Below are positions 37,768-38,777 of a stretch of DNA of 38,777 bases, in pieces. This stretch comes from Thermodesulfobacteriota bacterium (lineage in GTDB: Bacteria; Desulfobacterota; Desulfobacteria; Desulfobacterales; SURF-7). Position numbers and translations under genes: made by a program. Location of the stretch: positions 1 through 38,777 of the forward strand of contig JBMORA010000066.1 in the NCBI GenBank assembly GCA_049320885.1. The letters run 5' to 3'. The notes beneath the pieces were generated by a model. It made no database searches. It was not told where the DNA came from and saw only the letters and a list, made by a program, of their open reading frames with translations. How positions within the stretch are numbered: the first letter of the stretch is position 1; every line of letters starts with the position of its first letter.

Positions 37768-37932
37768 ATGGAACCAAAGAAAATGACCTGGGAAAAGGTT
37801 GATGAAATTCGGAAAATGTACCGGGACGGCGTTGGCGGCTATAAGGTAGTTGCAAGGAAATTCGGCGTGTCGGCAACAATGATCAGATTGATAGTCCTTG
37901 GCAAATCATGGAAAGAAGCGAATCGGGTTTAG
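37768..37932 (+). CDS. Small HTH DNA-binding protein (paralog 2), 54 aa, absent from the ORF track
   Basis: CAGGAG RBS. Translates MEPKKMTWEKVDEIRKMYRDGVGGYKVVARKFGVSATMIRLIVLGKSWKEANRV, a clear paralog of 37444-37692. Confidence 0.8.
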   Translation: MEPKKMTWEKVDEIRKMYRDGVGGYKVVARKFGVSATMIRLIVLGKSWKEANRV

Positions 37933-38400
37933 GGGCTATCCATACTGATAACCATTAATGGCTTGCTGGGCATCTGCAACAGGATGGGCGCCCAGCTTGT
38001 TGATGATTGATTGATGTCTGTGTGATGTTAATGGTCCTTTTACTAAGATTCTAAACTTATAGCATATTCATTTGATAATAGTTGACATCTGAAGTCGTAT
38101 ATGATTATCGATTAATTATAGTTCGATTCGTTTCCCATTCACAAATTCTATTCGCTTAAACTGGAGGGACTGTTATGCTGCTTTCTCGGGACTCCAGTGG
38201 AAAAAATAATGCATGTAAAAAAGGCGATCGGTAGTATTCACTCTGTTAATTGCAAATTTTTGATAAATAAATCAAATCCTATGTTCATGGTGAGGCTGAT
38301 AACAGAACTACTAAGCTTAGGCGGATTTGAAGTGGGCGTTTGAGTCACTGCCTATTATATAAAACTTAAAATTGACTCTTGGTGTGATAAGGCAATTGAA

Positions 38401-38650
38401 ATGAATATTAGAACGTTACACTGCGGAAAGTCCGTAAAGAACTACCAGCTTTGTATTGAAAAGATGGTGGCTGGGTTCACAAGACGAGGTCCGGAAAAAG
38501 GTGACCTTATTTACCTTTGCATCAGACAGAGCAGAAGAACGTTTTGCACTGCACGCTTCTATTTAGATGAAGTAACCAGTGAAAAACCCTGGCCAGACGC
38601 AGACCGCTATGTAATAGCTTTCTCCACGCGAGATATAGAATATTGCCAAC
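38401..38650 (+). pseudogene. 5' part of a gene (EVE/PUA-like N-terminal domain) interrupted by an IS21-family element
   Basis: About 83 codons (NYQLC...VAGF...EKGDLIYL...PWPD..RY), then the frame runs into IS terminal repeats at 38651. Confidence 0.55.
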
Positions 38651-38777
38651 TGCGTATTCCGTTCCATTGTGACCACCGATTCCGTTTTATTGTGACCAGT
38701 CATTCCGCTGCATTGTGACCACCGATTCCGCTCATTGTGACCACGTAAAAAGAGCCCTTCAAAGCGACGCTGGATAA
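38651..38777 (+). mobile_element. IS21-family insertion sequence end
   Basis: Starts TGCGTATTCC. Four ~23-bp tandem repeats ATTCCG-n4-ATTGTGACCA at 38656, 38679, 38702 and 38725, then AGCGACGCTGG; located at the window edge. Confidence 0.85.

Larger units (their letters stand above)
34465..38777. mobile_element. Low-GC genomic island at the tRNA-Ser 3' end; putative phage satellite, far end not in window
   Basis: Abrupt AT enrichment right after the tRNA, arm-type-like repeats, and RHH, HUH Rep-like, TerS-like, scaffold-like and HTH genes. Confidence 0.8.

Noticed and set aside
38163..38234. GGAGG RBS followed by a 19-codon ORF (MLLSRDSSGKNNACKKGDR)
   Set aside because: Too short and featureless to support without expression data.
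38656..38746. Four ~23-bp repeats resembling a mini CRISPR array or iterons
   Set aside because: The repeats are contiguous with no unique spacers and follow a TG terminus. This is the multiple-terminal-repeat structure of IS21-family ends.

Overview
Chromosomal window (about 60% GC by eye) from what looks like a Deltaproteobacterium (Desulfobacterota-like). It is bounded by probable insertion-sequence ends: an IS4-like terminal repeat at 107-123 and an IS21-family end from 38651. Bases 301-11470 hold accessory genes: a PAS hybrid kinase, a NUDIX hydrolase, a GntR-controlled Mo/W-bisPGD enzyme plus Zn-dehydrogenase, an AAA_14/DUF4143 ATPase and a UbiD. Bases 11570-34159 are mostly core genes (rplM-rpsI, ruvCAB, tolQRAB-pal-cpoB, groESL, hflKC, dciA-like, TrmN6-like, DUF1015). 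They also include an unannotated 32-aa bS22-like ribosomal peptide and a four-gene Helicobacter-style cell-shape operon (Csd6/Pgp2-like, unknown membrane protein, Csd4/Pgp1-like, bactofilin) with a perfect sigma70 promoter. After a tRNA-Ser(CGA) at 34378-34464 the GC content drops sharply into an island. It carries integrase arm-type-like repeats, a duplicated structured non-coding unit, a CopG/RHH regulator, a small HUH Rep-like endonuclease, a terminase-small-subunit-like protein, a GP20-like capsid scaffold, two paralogous HTH proteins and an IS21-interrupted EVE-like gene. This island is the best candidate for an undescribed system: a minimal HUH/rolling-circle phage satellite. All family assignments come from motif recognition by eye; no searches were run.
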